Source of the DNA: Psammoneis japonica
Taxonomy: Eukaryota
NCBI GenBank assembly: GCA_008632985.1
Contig: QPGO01000088.1
Span: 186,001-250,000, forward strand
Direction: 5' to 3'
Length of the DNA: 64,000 bases
In this document: positions 52,081 to 62,972 of the stretch, in pieces
How the letters are laid out: every line of letters begins with the position of its first letter
Position numbering within the stretch: position 1 is the first letter of the stretch
The notes under the pieces: model-generated
What the model saw: only the letters and a program-made list of their open reading frames with translations
The model's database searches: none
What the model was told of the DNA's origin: nothing
Made by a program: the position numbers and the translations under genes

Positions 52081-53410
52081 TCAAGGCTTTCTACAGACTC
52101 GCTTTCCATCTAGCTTGTCAAAGTCAAGGTTCTTCAACCGCACAACACCCATAATTTGTTCAGGCAAAGTAGCTTCGGAAGTTCCTTCGAGTACAAACGC
52201 CATGTCAACAACTAGCGACTTGGCCTGGTGATGATGAAAAAGATGCAAGCGAGGACTGTGTGAGCAACAGAACCAAGACAACACACCAGACCGCGTATCC
52301 AAGAATATTACTTACATATCCGGTGCTCAGCTTCACCACCTTTTGAGCTACAGCATTGCTACCAATGTCAACCACTAGCTCCAAAAATCGCTCGTTCCGA
52401 ATATATATTTGGTTGAGCTTGTTACCAATGATGGATGGCTTGGATCCCACAGCAGACTTGACAACAAAGTTTCCCTCTTTTATCTTTGGGATGAGTTTGA
52501 AGGTCGAGTCACGGAACTTATCTGAGTCTCCGAAAAAGAATCTGTTTGCCAGTCGTCCAAACGGAGTCTTTTGCGATCGAATCAAATCCAAATTGTCAAC
52601 AGCAAAGTACATGACCAAATGATAATGAGGTGGTCCAGGAACTGCTAGATTGACTGCAAAGACAAAAGGTGGCAGTTCCCTGACACCCGTCTCCTTTTCA
52701 CGTTTGAGCGCTCTTTGAATTCGCTCCCCCGGATGACTGCAAAGCCCGCTCATAAGTTGCGTCTGGCATCTGACCAAGTCCACCGTCATGAGTCTAAAGG
52801 CAGAGGGTGCTGACGGAGTTTTCTTGTTGCTGGACATGTACTTTGCCCCCCGAACCTTAAATGAAGTACCCGGTGCTTCTGCCCAGGCCTGGAGTCGAAG
52901 CGGAGGAGGGTCTGACAAACAGTGACTCTTTGTTGAGGCTTCCAACGGAACACTTGAACTGCGGTGTACTGTGGCAGGTCGAGGACCGTACGAAGAGGCT
53001 GAACGGTGTAGCTGCTTCTTTGGAACTATTGGAGGCTTTGACGAGGATACTGAAGACGAGCTCGACGACAAGGAAGCTGTTGACGACATGTTCAGCTCTG
53101 ACGAAACTGGTTTGATGCTGTGGTCAAGCCGTGGCAGCGGAACAATCACTGTTGGTCGGCCCTCTGCAAATTCGTGTGCGTCATCTCGAGCTGAAACTAC
53201 GACCGGTGAAAGACTCCGACGAGGACAAATCGCACTTGGAGAAACGTCTCCGGCTCTTCCAGGAACAGGCGAGAGACGAACTTCAATATCATCGTCATCT
53301 TCGATCAACAACGTGCGTTCTGACACGCTTTCTTCACAAGAGTGGTTCGACGGACGCCGCACCGGTCGCAACGAATTAGTCGTCGCTCGAACTGCTACCG
53401 AGTTTGTCAT
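52081..53410 (-). CDS. EDR2 C-terminal (DUF1336) domain protein; 2 exons
   Basis: FKVRGAKY..K, FKLIPKI..G.FVVKSAVG, ELVVDIGS, VVDMAFVLEG..LPE; intron 52315-52225. Confidence 0.88.
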
Positions 53411-54274
53411 TTTACACCGAGGGAGTCAAGCAGCAACGCAATAAATAGATGCAGTCGATAAAGCCACAACAAAGCGGTTGTTGCACCCAACCAAAGTCTC
53501 AATTGATGCAACAAGACAAAATGTCTCAACCCGTTGTCTTGTCGATGTTCGCTTTCTCTCTCTCCTCTTGGTTTTTTAGCGGCGCGATGTGGGCGACGCT
53601 GTACGGGATTGCCGTAGAACTTCACTATGAGCGAACAAAATTCATTCTTACTTTCATTCCCATAAAGAAGGGAATGTTTCAATTCCTTTGTGCAAACGGC
53701 ATGATAAGATAAATGTATAAATTTCTATAGGTTTATTAAATATTTGTTAAGTGTTTTACCAGATTCCTATTTAACGCTCAACGTCAATGCTGAATTCACA
53801 CGACTCACAAAGCTCCTCATCCATGAAGATGATCATGATCGAAATGGAGGGAAAATTGTTTTCAACGTACTCATAGCTTTATACAAGAATCTTACTAATT
53901 GCAGTATGTAGTATTGGCGATCTGAGCTTCGCAACGCTCCCATGACGAACGCCAACAAAAGCAAGCCATCACCCCACGCCACCACGCGCGCGCCACGTCA
54001 CCCAAAGTTTGAAGAGTCCATAAGCCTATATCTGATTGTTTAGGCGGGAATTCACGACATCACCTCGCAACATCCCGATCAAATCAAAAAATGCCGAAGA
54101 GCTAAGGCCGAAGAATCCGAATGCCGATTTAGATTGTCGATCCCTTCTTTCTCACTTACTTCCGCCTTTTTGCTCACTTCGTCGGTCGGTCATCGGCGAT
54201 CCGCGCTGCTGTTCCTAACCTACTAGCATTATAAAGACGCTATCCACTGTATCACGTTCCTTTGCCTCCGCATA

Positions 54275-56173
54275 ATGTCAGCTCTCTTTCCCGACGCAGA
54301 TGTCGCTGCTCTTTTGTTGGCAGGAGGACAATCGGTCAGCGGTGCTGTCGGTTACGGGTTGCTCTTTTTGCTAACCATGTCTCTGTTTGCTGGATCCGAT
54401 GCTGGAAACATGTCGAAGGATTTCTCGTGGCAGTTTCGACTGGCGGCTGCTCTTCGGACACCCATTCTTGTGTTTGTGGTGGTCCCCATGTCCTTTGCGC
54501 TCAACCTATTTAGGTAAAACTATCTCACCTGGCTGTCTCACACATTCCCATTCCTGCATGTCTTCAATCTCATGGAATTTCGTTCACTTTCTTGGGTGCG
54601 CCCCTGCCTCGATAGGTCGTTGCGCACATATTGGAGAGGAACTCGTATCGATTCAGATAGAGGGGCGGGTCACGAGAAACGCGTACAACAGTTGGTAGAT
54701 CAGATTAAACAGTGGAACGATGCGGGAAGGAAGCAGAGCATGCGCACGGCCCGCCCAAACTGGGCAGGCATGAGCACCAAGCTCGGCTCGAACAAGGGGG
54801 GCTCTTTTCTCGTAAAGACAGCTCATCTAGATCATATCTTGGAGGTTAACGAAGAGGAGATGACCATAACCGCAGAGCCTGCGGTTACCATGGGCGACAT
54901 TACAAACGTGTTGTTGCCCCGCTCACTAGCGTTGTTGTGTCATGTCGAAATGGAATCACTTACCATTGGCGGCGCCTCCATGGGTCTCGGTATGGAGACT
55001 ACAAGTCACCGCGTCGGTTGGTGGCAAGAAACAGTGGTGGAGTATGAGATTGTTACGGCCGAACCAACTCCACGGGTACTCAAGGTGACCCGCGAGTCTG
55101 ACCCCGAACTGTTTTATGCCCTTCCCCACAGTGTGGGAACACTTGGATTTCTTGTGTCGGTCAAGGTGAGAATGACGAAAACCAAGCCTTACGTGCGTAT
55201 GCACTATATTATGACAAAGTCGGCAAAGGATCTTTGCGAAACCATGACTCGTCTCGGGGAGGCTGACGATAAGGCTCCATATTTCCTTGAGGCCACCGCT
55301 TTTTCGAAAGATACTGCTGTAGTGCAATGTGGTGAGATGTGTGATGCTCCCAAGAGTCGAGAGGAGAAGAACATGCTGCAATTTATCAACTTGTGGTACA
55401 AGCCATTCTACTTTAAGCATCTTCAGTCACTCCTCGAGGCTGGTCATGATACCTATGACGAAATAATCCCGCTCAAGCATTACTACCACCGCTTCACCCG
55501 ATCCATCTTTTGGGAGATTGAGGAGATGATTCCGTTCTCAAACCATCCTCTCTACCGTTTCTTCTGGGGATGGATGGGTGCGCCTGAGGTCAGCTTGTTG
55601 AAACTATTTCAAGGTCCCGTCATTCGCAAGAACTCCTGCTACGCGCATGTCGTTCAAGAATCATGCATGCCTGTGAGACGCCTCGAAGAAGGTCTTGAAA
55701 GGTTCTCAAAGTGGTGGGACATTTATCCACTTTTAGTGTTCCCTCTCCGAGTCTACGACCGTGGGGAACAATCGGGATTTCTGAATCCTCGCCAGAGAAA
55801 CCTTTGCCCAAAGCCCGCAGAAGAAGGAGGCGGTACTCGTGACTGGGGAATCTGGGTCAATCTTGCTGCGTACGGTGTCCCCTCCATTGTCAAGGAAGGT
55901 GGCACTTTTGATCCCAAAAAGACCGTTCGCGAGTTTGAGCATTGGACGTTGGATATCGGAGGATGGCAAAGCTACTACACAGATATCTTCTGTACCCGCC
56001 GCGAGTACCGCCAAATGTTTGACCACTCGCTCTGGGAGAAATGCCGTGACAGGCTTGGTGCCGCCGATGCGTTTGGGGAGCCATATGACAAGGTTAGACC
56101 CGAACCTGGAATTGTCGATTTGTCGGAGGAAGAAGCCGCGGAAGCAGCAGCGGAATCTGCTGCAAGCAAATGA
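54275..56173 (+). CDS. DHCR24: FAD-linked Delta24-sterol reductase (DHCR24/DWF1/SSR family); 2 exons
   Basis: GHEKRVQQL..Q, RTARP.W, LTIGG..MG.G.ETTSH, LFYALPHSVGTLGFLV, QMFD, YDKV; 102-nt intron 54514-54615 removes an in-frame TAA. Confidence 0.9.
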
Positions 56174-56444
56174 TTGCTGTCGTGCATCCAGTCATTTCTG
56201 CAGCCACAGTCTTGATTTCCCGTTTCGTTGCATTGTGGGACTGTTGCGAGATCCGGGCCATCGAGGCAATGAATATCTTTTAACATTTAACGTGTTACAG
56301 TTACATCATAGTAATCTCCCAAGCACTCGAAAAAGAGATACTAATATTAACATTAACGTGTTACAGTTATAACATAATAAGTGAAACATCCAAATCGGTA
56401 CACAACATCATTAACCGTACACAGAGCACCGTAACTGCTTCATT

Positions 56445-57902
56445 CTAATATATCCCAGGGATGAGAATGTAAGGGACCTTCTCGCAGTATGCATCCCAGT
56501 CCTTTCCGTATTTGGCTTTGCAGCGTTCCGAATCGCGGATTTCTCGATGGATAAGCATCGGAAGGAAGAAACAGGCAAAGAAATAAGGCAAAAAGTGGGT
56601 AAATCCACACGGGATGCAGAGGAGAAGAGCCAAGCATATGTCGGCTGCGTAGTGTGGCTTCCGAACATATGCCCACCAACCGTCGATGATCAAAGTCGAC
56701 CCAGACTTGGTGGTGAGATACTTTGGATTTTTCAGAGTCGCATTGGGAAGCTGAGGAAACGCAAAAGAGCGTTTCACAAATGCCCCTGTGAGCTGCTGCG
56801 CTCTAAAACGGTTTTTCTGCGCATTTGCCTCATCAAAGACCCAGTATGCCATAATGATGGCCACTCCTAGCAACACCACCGCCCATGTAGGCAAATCGGG
56901 CAAAGCTTCGGCCTGAGAGTAAATGAAACGCCCATTGAACGTGTAGGCAAAGGCAACCCCGGCCAGGTTCCAGAAAATAAGCATCCACCCCCATCGCTCA
57001 TGAAAGATATCCCAGGTATACGGAATGCTTTCCTCTCCTTTCATGACTGCATTGGTGTAGAGCCCATGGATGAGGAGGACGACCCACATTCGATTGGGGA
57101 TATACCCCAACTCGTCTCGAAGACATAGAGCACAGGAAACCTCTAGAGAGAATAAAAGCATCCAAGACACGCGGACTTCTGCCCACATTTTCAAATCAAT
57201 CTTGCCAATGCGTGGGTTAAGGTACTGTCCCATTACAAAATCGTACAGAAAGGTTCGGAGACTTCCATCAGATCGTCCCGTTCTCACACACTCTAGGTAC
57301 ATGACAGTTGCCACTGAATCGGCAAACAGAATGCCGGTAGATAGCATCGCACCACTGTTCCAGAAGAGTGTTTTAAAGTCAAATATGCCAGTCCAGTGTG
57401 CGACAATGGCACAAGCTCCACTGACATACCAACTCGCCAGCGCATTGCAATGATACTCGAGGCGGCGACCTCCCTCTTCAGGAATCCGAAACCCAAGCAC
57501 CTTCACACCGGGTAGGACCACACAAGAGAGAAGTTGCGATGCAATGAGGCAACCATAAATCTTCACAGACGTTGCCGTTGGTGTGGCCTTTGCAATCACT
57601 TCAGGATCGAGCGGGAAAGGATTCCCGAGGCAACCTTGGTTGAACTCAGCAGACCACCAGAGGTAGTAGCATAGGAAGTGGCTGAACACCACAAGCGCTA
57701 AGTATCCAAGATTGTCTGAGATTGAAATCTCTTTATGGTCAACCGTCTTTTCGTTTTTCAGCTCCTTTTGTTTGTCACGTCGCCTATTGGACAGCACGTT
57801 GTGCACCAGAAGCACAGACGCAGCAGCGAGCATTGTGCGACCCTGTGACAACGTCGTCACCACATCTTTCCACGCCGGTGTCATAGAAACCGTTCCTGAC
57901 AT
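56445..57902 (-). CDS. ERG4: ERG4/ERG24-family sterol reductase, closest to Delta24(24-1) reductase ERG4
   Basis: LNPRIG..DLKMWAEVRVSW, KGEESIPYTWDIFHERWGWMLIFWNLAGV, DGWW..VRKPHY, RC..KYG.DW..YC..VPY. Confidence 0.85.
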   Translation of the reverse strand: MSGTVSMTPAWKDVVTTLSQGRTMLAAASVLLVHNVLSNRRRDKQKELKNEKTVDHKEISISDNLGYLALVVFSHFLCYYLWWSAEFNQGCLGNPFPLDPEVIAKATPTATSVKIYGCLIASQLLSCVVLPGVKVLGFRIPEEGGRRLEYHCNALASWYVSGACAIVAHWTGIFDFKTLFWNSGAMLSTGILFADSVATVMYLECVRTGRSDGSLRTFLYDFVMGQYLNPRIGKIDLKMWAEVRVSWMLLFSLEVSCALCLRDELGYIPNRMWVVLLIHGLYTNAVMKGEESIPYTWDIFHERWGWMLIFWNLAGVAFAYTFNGRFIYSQAEALPDLPTWAVVLLGVAIIMAYWVFDEANAQKNRFRAQQLTGAFVKRSFAFPQLPNATLKNPKYLTTKSGSTLIIDGWWAYVRKPHYAADICLALLLCIPCGFTHFLPYFFACFFLPMLIHREIRDSERCKAKYGKDWDAYCEKVPYILIPGIY

Positions 57903-58289
57903 TGTTTGGCCGCCACCGAAAGCTTAGGGCCCTACAGTACTTGTATTCCTGGGTCGCAGTGTTCAATAATGTCTTGACGAAATGCAATTTTGCTGATGCA
58001 GAATGATGAGGGCATCGTCCAACATCCGAAAGATAGAACATGAAATTCCAAGAGAAGCACCGGTGTGAAGAACACACGAAGAAGCCAGCCTTCACACGCA
58101 CATACGACGTCCTACGTGGCTTTACGCTAACCTCCCTTTCGCGCGTGCCTGCCGTGGCGGTGCCTGTCATACAGTACGGTAAATCCTTGGGGCGGTGCCA
58201 CTTACCGTACTTCAGCACAGATTCTTATTCCCGGAAACACCTGCCTGTCTCATCGTACAAGCACCGTGCATTAGAAGCTGCAGCGCCTG

Positions 58290-60930
58290 CTTTTTGATGC
58301 GTGAGCAGTGTTGTGAGAAACAAACTGGCACCACAAGAGTCACCAATCAACAAGGGTTTCCTTCCTCTTGTTCTCACCACTTTTTCATCTCACCATGAGG
58401 AAGGTGGTTCACAATCTGGATGATTGGTGGCTTTTCACTGTGCCTCACTTTTGCACGGTGCTTTTGCACAATCACTTGAGAACACACTTCATCTGTTTTT
58501 GAAGCCTCAGCAGCAGTGCCCCCATTGCAGCCAAACCCAGCAGCCAGTCATTGACCCCCTGGAAAAATCTGACAAATCTGCACTCCAAAACGTTTGTTCT
58601 AAAGAAGCGCATCTTTCTCATCCACGCAAAAGCACGCGTCTTTCATCCTCTCCCTTGTTGGCCTCTGCTGTGCAGCCCAACAAAACACACGATTGAGGAA
58701 ATGTGGCATGGGTGACTCTGGCCAAGTGAGTGCTGTTTCCAGTGCCCAATGTCACAAGAAGCGATGCAAACACAGTCTCAACAAATTTGAGGTGCAGCCA
58801 CACACCCTGCTTCACCCTGCATGGCTGGTGTCTCAACCTTGCTCATGGGCCAGCCAGCAATGTCATGTGCATGTTGTGCTTTGTCAACCACCTTAAATCT
58901 TTGGAAGCTCCCAGCATGTGCCTCTGAGCTGCCAGTGGGGCCCAGCAGCAATCTTCTTGATTTGCCTCCCCGTGTGGATCATGTTGACTTTTTTAGAAGG
59001 TCTGAAATTCTCAACTTTGTGCTGATGATCCAAGCAAAATGTTCAATCACATGCATCAGAAAGCCATGTTGCCCAGCATGGCTCCATCACCCATTTGCCA
59101 TCCAAAAATGTCCTGAAAACTGTGGCATCATTGCCAAGGCTTTTTCCAATCACCCTGGCACAGAACAGCAGTTCAGCCCACTTTTCATCTTTGCCACAAA
59201 AATCTTTACCCCCAAGTTTGTGTCAGAAGGTGGGTGAAATTAGATGGTTTCTGGAGAATCAAGAAAAAGTGCTCTCTGGCACTGCTTTTGCAAGAGAAAA
59301 TGTCAAAACTCCAACCCAGCATTGGAGTGCATTGTTGATGCAGGCAATGCCAAGCTCCCATCACACAACAGATGTTTTTCATGGCTCAACACATCTGCTG
59401 CAAAATGGCTGTCATGAACACCAAAGCTGTGAAAATGGTGCTGCACTGTCTGGCCAGGCAGTGCACCTGGCAAAAAAGTGGCTTTCATTGGTTGTCCTGG
59501 CTTCAAAGCTGTGTGCCAGGAGAAAGCACAGCAGACATTGACTGGCCCATCTGGAGATTTGCGTTGGCAGCTGGCTGCAGCTTGAGCCAGTCACAAAAGC
59601 GCTCTCATGTGCTGCATTCCCAGGTGCAGCAGCATGTGGCTGCAGAGCATGTGAATTTTTAGAAAGCCAAGGAACAATGTGCTCTTCTTCTTGCTCAATG
59701 TGCAGCATTCAGAGTCTGTCATCAAACCAGAGTGAAGCTCTGGTCAGCCACAAAAAGTTGCCTTTGCAGCACTGCAAGGTTGCAAACACCAGCAGAGCAA
59801 GCTGTCATGTCATTTGGCATCATCAACTGCCCAGCTGCACAGCTGCATGTGCACATGTGTGTCATCATGGTGCGTGATGTCAAAGACAACACACCCAAGG
59901 TCAAGCTGTCACAAAAATCACACAGGCATTGCATCAAGAAGAAATGACAGCAGCAGATCAACCAGTCAATGGTGCCTCCAGCTTCCTTGAGAGCTGCTGT
60001 TTTGAAGCCATTGTTTCTGTTTTGCATGTGTTGGCACACACAGAGGGGTGTGTGCTGTGTTGGTTGGGCAGACCTTGGCAGAGAAAAGAAAAGAAGAAGC
60101 TCAAGTGCAAGAGCTGGCAAAGAAGCTGACTTGCCTCTGAAACAATGTGCAGCAAAGAAAGAGAGCATGTGGTGCCAGATCACACATCTGAGCATGTGGT
60201 CTGCAGATCCCATGCTGACAACAAGTGCTTTGCTTCACATGGACATGCTGAAACATGTGAAGTGGGTTCTGCATGCACAGGACGAGTGTGCAGCGCCAAT
60301 GTTTCAAAAGAGCTGAGGAGGCTCCAAAAGCCCTGCTGTCATGTGGGAGCACTGGCTCTCAGCAAAATGCAACTTGCAAGGCAACTCTTTAAAAATGCCA
60401 TTTTTTGTTGCCCATGTGTGTTGACCCTCCTCCTGCTGCTGCAAAGGGCAAAGGTGCGCCACACATGTTGCTGGCTGCCACACCTCTGTTGCAACAAAAT
60501 CGGCCACATGCACTGCACAAAAGTTGAAAGGGAGCTCTTGCTGCATGAGAATTTCCTTTGCATGCTCTAAAAGCCCTGTTGCCATGTGGGAGCACCAGCT
60601 CTCAGCAAAATGCAACTCAAGCATTTCTGCAAAAATGCCACTTTGTTTTGCAAGTGTGTTGCCCCTCCTTCTGCTGATGCTGTGGAGGGCAAAGGGGTGC
60701 ACTGCTCACATTGCTGCCAATTGTTGCAACAAACTTGGCCACATGCACTGCATCAAGTTGAAAGCTCTTGCTGCACGAGAATTTCCATTTGCATGTTCCT
60801 TGGTTTGCTCTTCTCCTCACTTGATTGTGCAACCTTTTTCTGCTTGGCAGTCTGAACATGCCCTGAGAGACAACCCCTTTTGGTTGTGTGCTGCTGGCTG
60901 GTCCACAAATGCGAGCACCAGAATTTCTAG
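58290..60930. mobile_element. hypermutated relic between genes with ~240-bp tandem duplication (about 60326-60800)
   Basis: About ten TpA in 2.6 kb, CpG scarce; AAAAGCCCTG.TG.CATGTGGGAGCAC repeated at ~60326 and ~60569; termini not identified. Confidence 0.55.
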
Positions 60931-61183
60931 TCATGTTACAATTGCTGCCACAGAGCACACAGAGAAAAGGTAAACAGGAACAGAAGTCAACCGAAGTTCG
61001 ACAAGGGAAAACATCATCATAAGCAAACGATGGAAAACGGGAAAAGCGCGAAAATGTTGCCAAAATCCGGAAAAACTCTTTCTCCTTGCAGATTTCGATT
61101 TTCGATGAAAAAAGATACAAGATACACCTCACATCTCACATCTATCGCACATCCACATCGCACACAAACCATTCGTGTCAACG

Positions 61184-62395
61184 ATGAAGAAACAGATCGT
61201 CGCCGCTTTCCTTGGAGCGGTTTGTGCTTCTGCGTTTGCACCCTCTGCTTTTGTTTCGTCAAAGAGATATGGTAAACATGCTAACGTGGCTTCCAAGCTT
61301 CAAATGGCGCTTGAAGACGGACAAGTCCCACTAGTCGTCGGTGTTGCCGCTGACTCTGGATGTGGAAAATCTACTTTTATGCGTCGACTTACCTCCATCT
61401 TTGGTGGAGACGTCGTCGGACCTCTTGGTGGTGGATTCGACAACGGTGGATGGGAAACGAATACCCTTGTTTCCAACCTAACCACGGTCATTTGCCTTGA
61501 TGACTACCATCTCAACGACCGCGAAGGGCGAAAAATTACTAAACGCACTGCCCTCGACACCAAAGAGAACAACTTCGATTTGATGTATGAACAACTCAAA
61601 GAGCTTAAGAGTGGCAAAACTATTACTAAACCCATTTACAACCATGTGAATGGAACTCTTGACGAACCTGAGAAGGTGGAAGCGACACCCATCATCATTA
61701 TCGAAGGACTCCACCCCATGCACGACAAGCGTGTTCGTGATCTTCTCGACTTTTCTCTTTATCTTGATATATCCGACGAGGTCAAGCTCAACTGGAAGAT
61801 TCAGCGTGATATGGAAGAGCGTGGTCACTCTCTTGAATCTATTCTCCAGTCTATCGAAGCACGTAAGCCTGATTTCGACGCGTACATTGCTCCTCAGAAG
61901 GAATTCGCCGACATGATAATTGAAGTCCTCCCCACCCAGCTTGACGAGGATGACAAAAAGACTCTGCGCGTGCGATGTATCCAGAAGGAGGGAATTGAAA
62001 ACTTCAGCCCCTGTTATCTTTTTGACGAAGGATCAACTGTTGAATGGAGTCCATGCGGAAAGAAGTTGGCTTGCTCATACCCTGGAATTAAGTTTGCATC
62101 GGGCCCAGACGCCTACTTCGGAAATGAGGTACAGATTCTTGAAATGGACGGAACTTTCGATAACATTCAAGAGATGGTCTATGTGGAATCATTTTTGAGC
62201 GAATCTTCGACAAAGTTTTACGGTGAGCTGACGCAAGCTATGCTTGCTCTGGCTGATGCTCCGGGCAACGATAACGGAACTGGCTTAATGCAAACTCTCG
62301 CAGCTTTTGCCATTAGGGAACTCTATGAGAGGAAAACGGCGGCCATGAAGCTTGCAAAGTTTGATTCAATGATGAAGAAGGAGATGTTAAGATAG
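61184..62395 (+). CDS. PRK: phosphoribulokinase, plastid-targeted (copy 1, with C-terminal Cys pair)
   Basis: ASAFAP presequence; GVAADSGCGKSTF, VICLDDYH, IEGLHP, WKIQRDM.ERGH, PCGKKLACSYPG. Confidence 0.97.
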   Translation: MKKQIVAAFLGAVCASAFAPSAFVSSKRYGKHANVASKLQMALEDGQVPLVVGVAADSGCGKSTFMRRLTSIFGGDVVGPLGGGFDNGGWETNTLVSNLTTVICLDDYHLNDREGRKITKRTALDTKENNFDLMYEQLKELKSGKTITKPIYNHVNGTLDEPEKVEATPIIIIEGLHPMHDKRVRDLLDFSLYLDISDEVKLNWKIQRDMEERGHSLESILQSIEARKPDFDAYIAPQKEFADMIIEVLPTQLDEDDKKTLRVRCIQKEGIENFSPCYLFDEGSTVEWSPCGKKLACSYPGIKFASGPDAYFGNEVQILEMDGTFDNIQEMVYVESFLSESSTKFYGELTQAMLALADAPGNDNGTGLMQTLAAFAIRELYERKTAAMKLAKFDSMMKKEMLR

Positions 62396-62972
62396 TACCT
62401 TGTGTACTTTGTTACGAAGCGAAGCGCGACGAAACCTTGGAAAATTCGTCTGGTCCTACCTACTCTAGGGCCTACGACTACAGCACAAAAGTAAATAGGT
62501 CTAAAAACTATTATAAAAACAGAATGCATGCGTCACATCTCCAGATCTACTCTGTGGCTACTACTAGCTAGAGTAGCTACTAGCTAGAGGGGAAACTATC
62601 GTACTTTGCAGTTAGTCGTACAGTAGTTTTCGGAACCAGGTGGCGGATCTGGCGCATTTTTCCTTGGCTGGGAGTTCACCACGCAGCCGGCCGATGTTGT
62701 GCGCTTCGCCTCGCAGTGTGAACAGAAGAGCTTAGCGCTGACAAAAGCTAAATAAATTTCACTTCGCTTCTTTGTAAGGGGTGATCCGGACACGTATGCG
62801 CCTTCATCCGTGTCTAAGATTTGCCACGACGTCAGGCCTCCGAACCCTTTTCTACACAGACCCTGGTACATATTCTACGGGAGTCAGGTCGAGGTGTAGC
62901 CACACGCACGAAGATCGCGACACCCCTCACATACATCATTCCTCTCACAATTTCATAGAGAACGTTTCGACA

